Assembly (NCBI GenBank): GCA_027592745.1
Contig: JAQCLG010000002.1
Coordinates: 1-54,597 of the forward strand
Direction: 5' to 3'
Source of the DNA: Pseudomonadota bacterium
GTDB taxonomy: Bacteria > Pseudomonadota > Alphaproteobacteria > SP197
Length of the DNA stretch: 54,597 bases
Both the position numbers and the translations under genes were made by a program. Below the pieces are notes generated by a model. That model was not told the DNA's origin. It saw nothing but the letters and a program-made list of their open reading frames with translations, and searched no databases. Each line of letters starts with the position of its first letter. Position 1 is the first letter of the stretch. Of this stretch, positions 10,298-21,281 are shown in pieces.

Positions 10298-13200
10298 TTA
10301 TGCGGCTGGCTGTGGCGTTTCCCAGCGCACGATCTTCAGGTCGAGCACGAAGATCGCGTAGAAGACGGGAACGAGGAGCAGGGTCACGACCGTGGCGATG
10401 ACGAGCCCGCCGATCTGGGCATAACACAGGGGCTGCCAGAGCGGCCCGCCCTCCATCGCCAGCGGGAAGAGTGCCAGGACAGTCGCCCCGACCGTGATCA
10501 GGACCGGGCGCAGACGGATGATGCCGGCATCGAGCAGCGCCTCGTGCAGGCTCTCGCCCTCCTCCCGCTTCTCCTCGATGAAGTCGAAGAGCACGATGAC
10601 ATGGCTCACGATCACACCGATCAGGGCAATGATGCCGAGGAAGGCCATGTAGCCGAAACTCGACTGCATCACGAGCAGGCCGGTCAGCGCACCGACCACG
10701 CCATAGGGCACCGCCATGAAGACGAGCAGCGGCTTGACCGCGTTGCCGAACTGCAGGACGAGCGCCAGGTAGATGCCGGCGATGGAGATCATCAGGACCT
10801 TGCCGAGCTGGCCGAACCCGTCGGACTGGCGCGCCTGCTCGCCGTCGATCGCCATCTGGTAGCCCGGCGGCAACTGCGCCTCGAAATCCGCCAGCCGGTC
10901 GTGCACGGCATTGAAGACATCCGATGCCAGGGCGCCCTGCACCGGCAAGGCGTAGACCGTGATCGTCGGGAAGTGATCGAGCCGGCGCAAGCGCTGCAGT
11001 TCCAGGCCGTAGTCGAGATCGGCCACCTGGAGCAGCGGTACCTTGCTGTCGCTGCCGCTGCCATAGACGTAGAGGTTCCGCAGGTCGCCGAGGTTGGCGC
11101 GCTCGGACAGCGCCATGCGGGCATAGATCGGAATCTGCTTGTCCGAAACGCGCATGGTGCCGACCTGCTGACCGGAAATGCCGCCCGAGGACGACGAGGC
11201 GATGTCGGCATTGGTGAGCCCGGCGAGATTGGCACGGTCGTTGTCGATGTCGAGGCGCACGCGGAAGACCTCGCCGCCCCAGTCGTCGCGCCCGCGGGCA
11301 CTCAGCGGCGTCGAGTGCAGGATTTCCGTGGCCTCCCGCGCCAGCGCCATCAGCGTGGCGATCGCGCGGTCCTCGTGTTCCGTCGCGATCGTCGCGCGCC
11401 CGCAGAGGCGCACCGCGACGGGATAGTTGACGGGGTTGGTCTGCAATTGCCGGACATCGATGAAGGCACCGGGGATCGTCTCGCTCAGGGCCTGCTGCAG
11501 CAGGGGGATCAGCGGCGGCATGTCCTCCTTGTCGACGAGGTTGACCAGGATCTGGGCGTAGGAGGGATCCTGCTGCTGGGGCGTCACCGAAAACCAGAAG
11601 CGCGGCCCCCGCCGCCCACGAAGGTCGCCAGGGACTGCAGGACCTCGCGCCGCGCGCCGTCCTCTCCGACACTGTCGATGGCGTACTGCGCGACGACATC
11701 GCGGACCACCTGCTCGGCAGCCTGTGCCGCCGCCGACGTGGCGTTGAGGTTGTCGCCGTTGTCCATCCAGACGTCGATGTAGAACAGGCGCTGGACGTCG
11801 TCGGGAAAGAAGGAGGTCTTGAGGTGGTGGGCGACCACGACGCCACCGGCCAGGATCAGGAAGGAGGCGAGCAGGACCTTCTTGCGGTGGGCGATGGCGA
11901 AGCGGCCGACCCGGTAGTAGCCGCCCGTGAATCCGCTGCTGCGCAGCTCCTCGATGCTCCGCTCGGCGCGGCGGCGCGGCCGCAGGATGTAGTAGCCCAG
12001 CAGCGGGATGAAGGTCATCGACACCAGGCGCGAAGCCAGCAGGGCGCAGGCCATGACGACCGGCAGGCTGTAGAGGAAGTCGCCCTGGTCACCGATGAGC
12101 AGCAGGAAGGGCAGGTAGGCGACGATGTTGGTGATCGTCGCGAACATGATCGCCTTGGCCAGCTTCGTGGGCCCAAGCCAGGCCGCCAGCACCCTTGCCT
12201 TGCCCGCCCCCAGTTCGCGCTTGATGGCGTCGTTTGCAACCACCGGATCGTCGACCAGCAGGCCCAGGGTGATGATCAGCGTGGCGATCGAGACCTGCTG
12301 GAGCTGGATGCCCAGCACTTCGATCATGCCGAAGGTGAGCATCAGCGTGATCGGGATCGCCAGCATCATCAGCAGCGCGGAGCGCCATTCCCAGAAGCCG
12401 ACAAGGGCAATCAGGACGACGAGGACGATCGCCTCGATCAGGGCGCGCGAGAACAGGTCGAGGTTGTCTGCGACCTGCTCTGGCTGGTCCGAGACACGCG
12501 CGAAGATCAGGTCGTTGGGCAGGATCGTGCCGAGTTCGGCCAGGGTAGCATCGACCATGTCGCCGAAGACGCCGATCTGCTTGTTGTCGCGCATCTGGAT
12601 GGCAAGGGAGATCGCCCGCGAGCGCTGCCAGGTACCGTCCGGAGCCTCGTAGCCGTACAAGTTGAGCAGCCGCGGCGGCGATTCGTAACCGTCGCGCACC
12701 GTAAGCACATCGCGCAGGTAGACCGGGGCACCGTCGGCATCGGTGGTCGCGATGACGTTGCCGATCTCGGCGGCGCTGTTGAACTGGCCGGTCGGGTCGA
12801 TCAGCACCCGGCCGTCGCCGACATCCATCAGGCCGCCGGGGATCGCCGTGTTGCGCACCGAGAGCACGTTGGAGAGCTGTGAGGGCTGCAGGCCGTAGGA
12901 GGCAAGCCGTTCCTGGGAGTATTCGAGCCATACCCGCTGATCGACATCGCCAGAGGATTCGATCTTGGAGACCAGCGGCACGGTTTCCAGCGTGCGCGAG
13001 ATGAGATCGATGAAGTCGTCGAGCTCTGCATAGCTGTACTTGTCGCCGCGGACCTGCTCAAGGGCTTCCAGCGTATCGGCGGGATCGCGGATCAGGGCAG
13101 CCTGCCAGGCATCGGGGTGGAAGCGCAGGTCGCCCAGATTGGCACTGACGAACCGGCGCAGCATGGCCCGGAGGTCCTCGTCGTCCTGGGGCAGTGCGCT

Positions 13201-13935
13201 GTCGATGCCGACAAATCCGGGCCCGACAATCTGGCGGACCACACCGGCATCACTCCGCTCGGCCAGGGTCCGGGCGAAATAGGCAAGCACGGGACGCACT
13301 GCCGCGAGGTCGACCGAGCGCGGCAGGGCAACGACGATCGCGACGCGGCCTTCCTGTTCCTCAGCCGGCAGGGTGGCGCGGTCGGCCTCCAGGGCGGCGG
13401 CAATGTCGCGGGCGCGCACCTCCAGTTCGATGTCGCCTTCCTTCGGGCTGGCGACAGTCAGCAGCAGGGCCGCGATGTCGCCGAAGCCGGCGTTAAACTG
13501 GATGGGCCCGGCGCCGTCCGGCAGGCTGTCGTTGAGGGCATTGAGCTTGAGGTTGATCGCGTCGAACTCGCGTTGCGGGTCGTCGGTCGCCTCGTCGAGC
13601 TGGATCTGGATGATCGAGACGCCGGGCATGCTGAGGGACTGGATGCCGTACTTGCCGGGCTGGGGCGGGTGAATTTCCGCGCTTTCCGAAATCGTCTGCT
13701 CGATCAGGCGGGTCAACTGACGGTCGACCGTCTCGGCATTGGCCCCGGGCCAAGCCGTCACCGCCGAAGCGACACGCACCGGGATCACCGGGTCCTTGAG
13801 ACGCGGCATGCTTTCCCAGGCAAAGGTGCCCCAGGCGATGACGAGCGCCAGCAGCACGAATGCGACCGAGCGATGCTCGGCAAAGAACCCCGCCGTGTTG
13901 TGCTGCTGCTCGATGCCAGCCCTGCCCGCGCTCAT
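10298..13935 (-). pseudogene. RND efflux transporter permease, split by a 1-nt frameshift
   Basis: ORFs 11584..13935 (783 aa) and 10298..11587 (429 aa) are the N- and C-terminal parts of one RND pump. Frame 1 reads ...ATFVGGGGRASGFR*. Shifting one base near 11603..11610 gives GGGGPRFWFSVTPQQQDPSYAQILVNL, continuous with ORF 2. Confidence 0.8.
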
Positions 13936-15041
13936 GGCACGACACGGATCCGGGCGCCGTCCGAAACCGTGTTGATGCCGACCACGACCACGCTGTCACC
14001 CGGTTCCAGGCCCGAGGTGATGCCGATCCGGTTGCCGTAGACCTGGCCGATCGTGACATCGCGCAGCCGCGCGACCGTGCCATCCTGATCCGTATCGACG
14101 ACATAGACGGCATAACCCTGGGGATCGTTGCGCGAGCGCACCAGGGCATCGACCGGCACGGTCGCCGCCGGCGCCTGGGTGGCATCCTGGCGCAGGGAAA
14201 GCGAAGCGATCATGCCGACCAGCAGCCGGCCATCGGCATTGGGCAGGGTGACCTCGATCTGGAACAGCCGGGTGGAGCTGTCGGCCGAAGGCGCCACGGA
14301 GGTCACCACACCGTCGAAGGTAGCATCGGCAATGGAATTCACGGTAACGCTGAGCGGATCACCGATCCGGACGCTGCCGAGCATGCTGTCGGGCACGCCG
14401 AACTGCGCCTTGACGCTGGAGGTATCGGCCAGAACGAAACCCTGGGTCTGGGGCGAGACCAGCGTGCCGACCTCGACATCGACCTCCAGCACGACACCGG
14501 CCATGGGCGCCGTCAGATCGGTGCGCGAAAGGTTGGTCCGGGCGCTGTCGAGGCTGGCCTGGGCGTCGCTGACCTGGGCGGTCACGCTGTCGACCTGCTG
14601 ACGGGCGTCGTCATAGTCGGTCGCGGTGGCGCTCTGCGCGTCATAGAGCGCCTTGGTGCGCTCCCAGTTCGCCTTGGCGTTGGCGAGACTTGCCTGCGCC
14701 GAAGCCAGCCCGGCCTGAGCGCTCTGCAGGCTGTCGTCGTAGTCGGAGGGATCGACCGTGGCGAGGACATCGCCCTTCGACACGATGTCCCCGGCCTGGA
14801 TCTTGCGCGTGCCGCTGCCGTCGGGCACCTGCATCAGCGTGAGCACGGTGCCGCTGACCTGGAAAGAGACCGAGACCTGGGTGTCGGCGGCGATGCTCGC
14901 GGTATAGGTCACCGCGTCGTTCTGGGGCGCCAGGGCCACGGTCTCGGCGCGCACGGACGGGATGGGTGCAGGGACCGTCGGGTCCTCGTCGCAGGCGGCA
15001 AGCAGGAGCACGGCCAGCGCCGTGAGCACGGCGGCTCTCAC
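13932..15041 (-). CDS. efflux RND periplasmic adaptor (membrane fusion protein)
   Basis: 369 aa with lipoprotein signal LLLAAC and a Q/A-rich coiled-coil hairpin. The GTG start overlaps the OMF stop by 1 nt. The stop overlaps the RND start (ATGA). Confidence 0.85.
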   Translation of the reverse strand: MRAAVLTALAVLLLAACDEDPTVPAPIPSVRAETVALAPQNDAVTYTASIAADTQVSVSFQVSGTVLTLMQVPDGSGTRKIQAGDIVSKGDVLATVDPSDYDDSLQSAQAGLASAQASLANAKANWERTKALYDAQSATATDYDDARQQVDSVTAQVSDAQASLDSARTNLSRTDLTAPMAGVVLEVDVEVGTLVSPQTQGFVLADTSSVKAQFGVPDSMLGSVRIGDPLSVTVNSIADATFDGVVTSVAPSADSSTRLFQIEVTLPNADGRLLVGMIASLSLRQDATQAPAATVPVDALVRSRNDPQGYAVYVVDTDQDGTVARLRDVTIGQVYGNRIGITSGLEPGDSVVVVGINTVSDGARIRVVP

Positions 15042-16375
15042 TATTGTTCTCCTATTGCGCGGGACAGTTCGGCCTGCGCCTCGTAGGCATCGAGCACGGC
15101 CTCGAAGTAATTGTCGTTGGCTTCCGAAAGATCGTGTTCGGCATCGAACAGGTCGCTGAGAAGCGCAACCTGTTCGTTGTACCGATTCTGGGTCACCCGC
15201 AGCTTCTCCTCGCCCGCCTTCTGCGAAACCCGCGCCGCCTCGATGGCGGCCAGCGCGTTCTCGATGTCGCGCAGGCTGGCATTGACGTCGGCAATGACAT
15301 CCGCCCTGGTGCTTGAGAGGTCGTTCATCGCCTGGCTGACGCTGATACGGTCGCCCGCGATCGTGCTGGAGCGGCGGCCCCAGTCGTAGAACTCCCAGGA
15401 GAGGACGACGCCGACATAGAGCGAATCGTTGGGCAGCAGGTCGTCGTTGTTGTGCGAGTAGTCGACGATCAGGTCGACGTCGGGCAAATAGCCGTACTCG
15501 TCGATCGCGATCTGTTTTTCGGCCAGCGCGATGTTGAGCTCTGCCTGGCGCATCTCCGGGCGCTGTGCCAAGGCAACGGCACGGGCGGTCTCGCCGTCGA
15601 CGTCGACCACTGGGGCGACAAGCAACCCGGTGACCTCGAACGGCTCCTGCGTGTCGCGGCCCATGAGGTTGTTGAGCTGTTCCTTCTGGCTCGCGATGTC
15701 GTTGACCTGCTCGAGGGCCTGCAGCCGGGACTGTGCGAGTTCGGCCTGGGCGTCGAGCAGCTGGTACTCCAGCGCCGTCTGCTCGGCGACCTGATCGGTG
15801 AGCTGGCCGACGAGGGATTCATAGAGGGCGATGCTCGCCTGGCTGTCCTCCAGCGCGCTTTCGCTGGCCAGGATCTGATAGTACTGCTGCTTGACCTGCT
15901 GCGCGGTGTCCTGCAGTTCCAGGCGCAACTGCTCGGCCGCGATGCGCTCCTAGATCGACAGCGCCTCGACCTCCAGCATGACGGCATAGATGCCGCTCAG
16001 CGACTGGGTGACGGTCAGCCCGACGGTCGTCGACAGGCTGCTCGAGGTGCCGATGTCGGTATCGTTGGCCGGGATCGGTCCGGTCGCCGGGAAGGTGCCG
16101 AAGGCGCCCTGTTCGAAGGTGTAGTTCTGGGTGATGAGATTGCTCACCGACTTCACCGTCGCCTTGAGCTCGGGGAAGTAGTCGGCCTGGGCGGCATCGA
16201 TGTCCGTGCCCGACTTGTCGATATCGAGGTCCGCATTGACGACCGAGGGATTGTCGATCAGGGCAAGCGCGATCGCCTCTTCCAGGGTCAGCACCGGGGC
16301 GCCGTCCTGCGCAGACGCGCCAAAGCACAGCGCCAACGACACCGTCAGAACGATCGAGGCGACGCTTCTGACCAT
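15041..16375 (-). pseudogene. TolC-family outer membrane efflux protein with one in-frame TAG
   Basis: ORF 15950..16390 carries a signal peptide (MVRSVASIVLTVSLALCFGASAQD). ORF 15041..15928 is in the same frame. Reading through gives ...EVEALSI*ERIAAEQLRLELQDTAQQ, with TAG at 15950..15952. The combined length of about 445 aa is normal for an OMF. Confidence 0.8.
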
Positions 16376-16455
16376 CGGTGCCCCCGGCATGGTGTCTGTC
16401 CGAACCCTTCGGCGATGCTACCTGTCGCCACCCTGCGGAACAACCACTGCGGGCA

Positions 16456-16815
16456 TCAGGCCGTGCGCGCTGCGATCACCGAAACCTGCAGTCGCCAGGC
16501 CGCATCGGCCAGTCCGGCGATGCGCACGGTCTGCGCGACGTGATGGCGCACATGGCGGCGCTGCTCGGCGGTCGCGGCTTCAAGGTCGGAACGGTCGGCA
16601 AGGTCGGTCTCGACGGCAACGATGTGGCGCGGCTCGAAATTCTTCTCGGCGAGCGCATCGCAAACCCCTGCCCAGACCAGGGCCGCTTGCCCGGCAATGT
16701 CAGGAGGCGTGGCATTGCGCTTGTCGACGGGAACCTGAGCGCCGACGATCACCAGCGTCCGGCTCGCCGGAACCTCGACCGCCCCCTTCAGGTACTCCGA
16801 TACCGCCTTGACCAT
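16456..16815 (-). CDS. hypothetical protein
   Basis: ORF 16456..16869. The start is placed at MVKAVSEYLKG. No family was recognised. It lies directly upstream of the efflux operon. Confidence 0.4.
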   Translation of the reverse strand: MVKAVSEYLKGAVEVPASRTLVIVGAQVPVDKRNATPPDIAGQAALVWAGVCDALAEKNFEPRHIVAVETDLADRSDLEAATAEQRRHVRHHVAQTVRIAGLADAAWRLQVSVIAARTA

Positions 16816-16903
16816 GGCCTTCTCCCCGATTGGCGCCGCATCGTGGCTGAGAATGACCGAGTGGGGCAAGATGCTATCGGTTCAACCCGCTTGGAGATGC
16901 GCG

Positions 16904-17224
16904 ATGACACTGGCCCGGCTCTATCTGCTGCTCGTTGTCGTGGGTGTGGTAGTACCCGGCGCTGAATTCGTTGCCTGGCTCTCGATCCATGGTCTTGACG
17001 TGCATGGCTTCTTTCGGGACATGACCGCCAACGGAATTGCCCGCTTCTTTGCCTGGGACGTCGTGATCTCAGCGCTTGTCGTCATCCTCGTCGCCTGCGC
17101 CGACAGACACTGTATCCGTCATGCCTGGCTGCCGGTCGTCGGCACGCTTTGCATCGGTGTGTCGTGCGGCCTGCCGCTCTATCTCTACCTCCGGCAACGT
17201 GCCATCGACACTGGCGCAGCCTAA
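16904..17224 (+). CDS. small integral membrane protein (DUF2834-like)
   Basis: ORF 16808..17224. The start is placed at MTLARLYLLLVVVG. It has three hydrophobic segments. The family call is from memory only. Confidence 0.45.
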   Translation: MTLARLYLLLVVVGVVVPGAEFVAWLSIHGLDVHGFFRDMTANGIARFFAWDVVISALVVILVACADRHCIRHAWLPVVGTLCIGVSCGLPLYLYLRQRAIDTGAA

Positions 17225-19209
17225 ATCTCCAGCGCCAGCTTGCGCCCTTCGTAGATCGCTGCGGCCGCCTTGCGCGGAGCCAGGCCATCGCCGATGGCAT
17301 GCAGCGAGAGGCCGGGCCGGCCATCGAGCGCATCGAACAGGGCACGCTCGGGCCGGTTGACGGTCGCTAGCACCAGGCTGTCGAAATCGTGGCTTTCAAC
17401 CTCGCCGTCGAGCGAGGAACGGAAGGTCGCCGTGTTGTCCTCCCAGGAAAGCAGCGCGACCTCGACCATCTGCGCGACCTTGAGCTCGGCCATGCGCCGC
17501 ATCAGCGGCGCCGTGGCCGCCGGGCGCACCAGTTCGGGCGCAATCATGGGGTGGCGCGTGGCGATGGTGACGGCATGGCCCTGCTCGGCCATCAGAAGTG
17601 CGGTGCCCGCGGCCTTCCAGTTGCCGAGGTCGTCGAGCACCAGGACGCGGTGACCGAAGTCGGCGATGCCTTCCAGCACGTCGTCGATGGCAAACACGTT
17701 CGATTGCGCGACACCCGGCAGGCTATCGCGAAACGGCATGGCGCGCTGGTAGCCGTCACGAGCCGGCACCGAACCAGTGGCGACGATCACCTCGTCCCAG
17801 TCGGCAGAGGCGATCTGCTCGCTGGTCATCGCGCTGCCCATGCGGACCTCGACCTGGAGCTTGGTGAGCTGGGTCTCGTACCACGCAATGAGATCGGCAA
17901 TGGCGCCGCGGCGGGGCTGGCGCGCGGCAAGGGCGAACTGGCCGCCCAGGCGCTGCGACTTCTCGGCCAGGGTGACGCGATGGCCACGTTCGGCGGCGAT
18001 CCTGGCGGCCTCCAGGCCGGCCGGGCCGCCGCCTACCACCAGCACCCGCTTGGGTCGTTTGGCCGCCGTGACGCCGCCGTCGCCGCCCCATTCCCACTCG
18101 CGCCCGGCCGAAGGATTGACCAGGCAGGAGATCCAGTAGTCGCGCGCCCGTCTGCCCCAGCACATCTGGTTGCAGGAAATGCACGGACGCACGTCTTCGG
18201 CCCTGCCCTCCCGGGCCTTGTTGGCCATGTGCGGATCGGCGATCTGGCCGCGCACGATCGAGACCATGTCGGCCATGCCGTCGGCGATCACCTGCTCGGC
18301 ATTGGCCGGCGTGCGCACATGGCTTTCGGCCTGGACCTTTGCGTGTTTCACCACGGACTTGATGGCCTGGGCCAGCGGCGGGCCGACCATCTCGTCGTAC
18401 ATGAAGGTCGGGATGATCTGCGAGAAGTCGTAGAAGCTGCCCGAACCGACCGAGACGTAGTCCATCAGGCCGCGCTCGTCGTGCCAGGCGACGATGCGCT
18501 GCATCTCCTCGAGCGGCAGGCCGCGCTTGGTGAGGTCGTCGCCCGAGATGGATAGGCCGATGACGTAGTCGTCGCCGCAGGCCTTGCGGATGCGCTCCAG
18601 GATGGTTGCGGTGAAGCGGCAGCGGTTCTCCAGCGAGCCGCCCCAGCGGTCCTCGCGCCGGTTGGTCAGCGGCGACCAGAACTGATCGGCCAGACCGTTG
18701 TAGGCCGCGAGCAGGTCGTTGCCGTCGAGCCCGGCACGATGACTGCGCTGCGCGGCCTCGATGTAGCGGTCGATGACATGGCCGATCTCGGCATCGCTCA
18801 TGGCGTGGCTGCCGGCATGGTCCTTCAGTGAGGGCAGGCCCGAGGGCGACCAGTTGGCCTCCCAGGAATTGTCGAAATCGGCGTGCTGGCCCGAGTGGTT
18901 GAGCTGCTGGACGATGGCCGCGCCCTCGGCATGGACCGCCTCGGCGATGGCGGTCAGGCCCGGGACGATCTCGTCCGACCGGCGCAGACGACCGCGGGTC
19001 AGCGCACCGTGCTCCTCGACCGATTGGCCCTCCATGACGATGAGGCCGACACCGCCACGTGCGCGTTCGCGGTAGTAGGCTAGGTGCCGGGCGCCGGGCA
19101 GGCCCTCGTGGCTCATATTGGCCAGGTGCGGCCCGAAGGTCAGCCGGTTGCGCAGGGTGAAATGGCGCAGCTTCAGCGGCGTGAAGAGATGGGGGAAGTG
19201 CTGGTTCAT
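17221..19209 (-). CDS. NADH:flavin oxidoreductase / N-methylproline (StcD) or dimethylglycine (DgcA)-type demethylase
   Basis: ORF 17221..19425. The start is placed at MNQHFPHLFTPLKLRHFTLRNR. It has an OYE-like FMN domain, a Cys cluster (RPCISCNQMCWGR) and an FAD/NAD domain (VLVVGGGPAGLEAA). Length 663 aa. Confidence 0.8.
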   Translation of the reverse strand: MNQHFPHLFTPLKLRHFTLRNRLTFGPHLANMSHEGLPGARHLAYYRERARGGVGLIVMEGQSVEEHGALTRGRLRRSDEIVPGLTAIAEAVHAEGAAIVQQLNHSGQHADFDNSWEANWSPSGLPSLKDHAGSHAMSDAEIGHVIDRYIEAAQRSHRAGLDGNDLLAAYNGLADQFWSPLTNRREDRWGGSLENRCRFTATILERIRKACGDDYVIGLSISGDDLTKRGLPLEEMQRIVAWHDERGLMDYVSVGSGSFYDFSQIIPTFMYDEMVGPPLAQAIKSVVKHAKVQAESHVRTPANAEQVIADGMADMVSIVRGQIADPHMANKAREGRAEDVRPCISCNQMCWGRRARDYWISCLVNPSAGREWEWGGDGGVTAAKRPKRVLVVGGGPAGLEAARIAAERGHRVTLAEKSQRLGGQFALAARQPRRGAIADLIAWYETQLTKLQVEVRMGSAMTSEQIASADWDEVIVATGSVPARDGYQRAMPFRDSLPGVAQSNVFAIDDVLEGIADFGHRVLVLDDLGNWKAAGTALLMAEQGHAVTIATRHPMIAPELVRPAATAPLMRRMAELKVAQMVEVALLSWEDNTATFRSSLDGEVESHDFDSLVLATVNRPERALFDALDGRPGLSLHAIGDGLAPRKAAAAIYEGRKLALEI

Positions 19210-19219
19210 CGGCCCGCCC

Positions 19220-21205
19220 TCACAGCGACATGGCGACGCGGCGACCGTCATAGATGGCGCCCGAAGCGAAGTGGAAGGCGATGCAGTCGCCCGCGGCATG
19301 GACATCCGGCGTGCCGGCAAGCGCAAGGAACAGCGCGTCGTCGGACTTGGGCGTCTCGGCCAGGACCAGCGTGTCGAAGGGTTTGCTCTCCTCGGCGCCG
19401 GTCGGCAGATGACGGATCGTGGCACCGTCGCCCCGCCAGCGCATGACCGCGCTCACCGGCCGCATGTCGGCTCCTGCCCTGGCCAGTCCCTTGCGGATCG
19501 CCTTGTCGGTCGAGCCGCGCGCAGCCTCCATGGCAACATAGGCATCGCTGGTGACGATGGTGACCTCATGGCCTTCCTGGGCCAGCTTCAGCGCCGTGCC
19601 TGGGCCGGCCCAGGAACCGCCCAGATCGTCGATCACGAGCACGCGCCTGCCCGCAGCGACCCGGCCCGAAAGCACATCGTTGATCGAGCAGACGTTGCCG
19701 AGCTCGACGCCGGGCAGGCTGTCGACTTCCGGCAGGCCGCGCTGGTAACCGGTGAGCGGCGGGCGCGCGCCGGTGGCGATCACCACCTTGTCGGCCCCGA
19801 AGGCGCGCACAGCATCGGCATCCATCGCACGGCCGCGGCGCACCGCCACGCCGAGCCGGGCAAGTTCGGCCTCGTACCAGGCCAGGTGCGGTTCGATCTC
19901 GTTGCGCATGGGCTGGCGCGCGGCCAGGCGCCAGTCGCCGCCCAGGTGGTCGCCGGCCTCGGTGAGCGTCACCTTGTGGCCGCGCTCGGCGGCCACACGC
20001 GCGGCCTCCATGCCCGCGGGACCACCTCCGACGACCAGCACCTTCAGCGATTCCGGTGCGGGCGAGAAGCCGTCGCCGCCCCACTCGAACTCGCGCCCGG
20101 CGGAGGGATTGACCAGGCAGGAAATCCAGTAGTCGCGCCGGCGTCGTCCGATGCACTGCTGGTTGCACGAGATGCAGGGTCGGATCGTCTCGGCCTTGCC
20201 TGCTGCCGCCTTGTTGGCCAGATGCGGGTCGGCGATCTGGCCGCGCACGATGGAAACCATGTCGGCCAGGCCTTCGGCGACGATACGCTCGCCGTTCTCG
20301 GGTGTCTTGACGCGCGCCTCGCACTGCACGCGGGCATGCTTGCACACCGCCTTGAGCCGGCCGGTGAATTCCTCGCCCTTCATGGCCTGCTCGAAGACCG
20401 GCGGGATGATGGTGGTGAAACCCCAGTAGCTGCCCCGTCCGAGGGTGACGTAGTCGATCAGCGCCCGTTCGTCGTGCCAGGCGACGGCCTGCTCCAGGGA
20501 GTCGATGTCCTGGACCTCGGCGGCGCCGGGGTCGATCGCCACCGCCAGGCCGCAGACGAAATCCTCGCCGCAGGCCTTGCGGATACGACTGTAGATTTCC
20601 GTGGAGAAGCGCATGCGGTTGTCGAAGCTGCCACCCCAGCGGTCCTCGCGCCGGTTGGTCAGCGGCGACCAGAACTGCTCCAGCAGCGCCGAATAGGCGG
20701 CCATGATCTCGATGCCGTCGAAGCCTGCCTGCTTTGCCCGACGCGCTGCGGCGACGTGGCCCTCGATGACTTCCTCGACTTGCGCGTCAGTCATGGCGTG
20801 GCTGCCGTCGCTGTCGAACATCGAGGGCAAACCCGAGGGCGACCAGTTCTCAGCAAAGCTGTTGTCCCAGTCGCCGTGGGCGCCGACGTGGTAGAGCTGC
20901 TGCACGATCGCGGCGCCGTGGCTCTTCACTTCCTCGGTGATGCGGCGAAAGTGCGGTATGACGGCATCGCTGTCGTGCAGGAAGTTGCCGCGCACGATGA
21001 CGGCGGTGCGGTGGACCGGCACCGGCTCGACCACGATCATCGCCGCACCGCCCCTGGCGCGCTCCCGGTAGTATCCCAGGTGACGTTCGCCGGGGATGCC
21101 TTCCTCGCTCATGTTGGCGGTGTGCGCCCCGAAGACGATGCGGTTCTTCAGCGTCAGATGGCGCAGGGCCAGCGGCGCGAAGAGATGGGGATAAGGCGAC
21201 GTCAT
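19220..21205 (-). CDS. NADH:flavin oxidoreductase / StcD-DgcA-type demethylase, tandem paralog
   Basis: 661 aa starting MTSPYPHLFAPLALRHLTLKNR. It has the same architecture as its neighbour (RPCISCNQQCIGR and VLVVGGGPAGMEAA). It lies 10 nt upstream of its paralog. Confidence 0.8.
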   Translation of the reverse strand: MTSPYPHLFAPLALRHLTLKNRIVFGAHTANMSEEGIPGERHLGYYRERARGGAAMIVVEPVPVHRTAVIVRGNFLHDSDAVIPHFRRITEEVKSHGAAIVQQLYHVGAHGDWDNSFAENWSPSGLPSMFDSDGSHAMTDAQVEEVIEGHVAAARRAKQAGFDGIEIMAAYSALLEQFWSPLTNRREDRWGGSFDNRMRFSTEIYSRIRKACGEDFVCGLAVAIDPGAAEVQDIDSLEQAVAWHDERALIDYVTLGRGSYWGFTTIIPPVFEQAMKGEEFTGRLKAVCKHARVQCEARVKTPENGERIVAEGLADMVSIVRGQIADPHLANKAAAGKAETIRPCISCNQQCIGRRRRDYWISCLVNPSAGREFEWGGDGFSPAPESLKVLVVGGGPAGMEAARVAAERGHKVTLTEAGDHLGGDWRLAARQPMRNEIEPHLAWYEAELARLGVAVRRGRAMDADAVRAFGADKVVIATGARPPLTGYQRGLPEVDSLPGVELGNVCSINDVLSGRVAAGRRVLVIDDLGGSWAGPGTALKLAQEGHEVTIVTSDAYVAMEAARGSTDKAIRKGLARAGADMRPVSAVMRWRGDGATIRHLPTGAEESKPFDTLVLAETPKSDDALFLALAGTPDVHAAGDCIAFHFASGAIYDGRRVAMSL

Positions 21206-21281
21206 GAGCGGCCGGCCTGTTGTCGGAAGATAGCGGGGAGCCTAGCTTGACGCGGCCGACACATGAAAGGGCCAATCGGAC

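Noticed and set aside
11584-11620. Programmed ribosomal frameshifting in the RND gene.
   Set aside because: There is no slippery heptamer with a downstream structure, and RND pumps are not known to use recoding. A homopolymer indel or sequencing error explains it.
15950-15952. The in-frame TAG codons (also 33358..33360) might encode pyrrolysine, given the nearby MttB-family gene.
   Set aside because: The MttB homologue itself has no internal TAG. No pylT or pylSBCD-like genes are visible. The TAGs sit in an outer-membrane factor and a dioxygenase, at an ordinary position and a Trp position. A nonsense mutation is the simpler reading.
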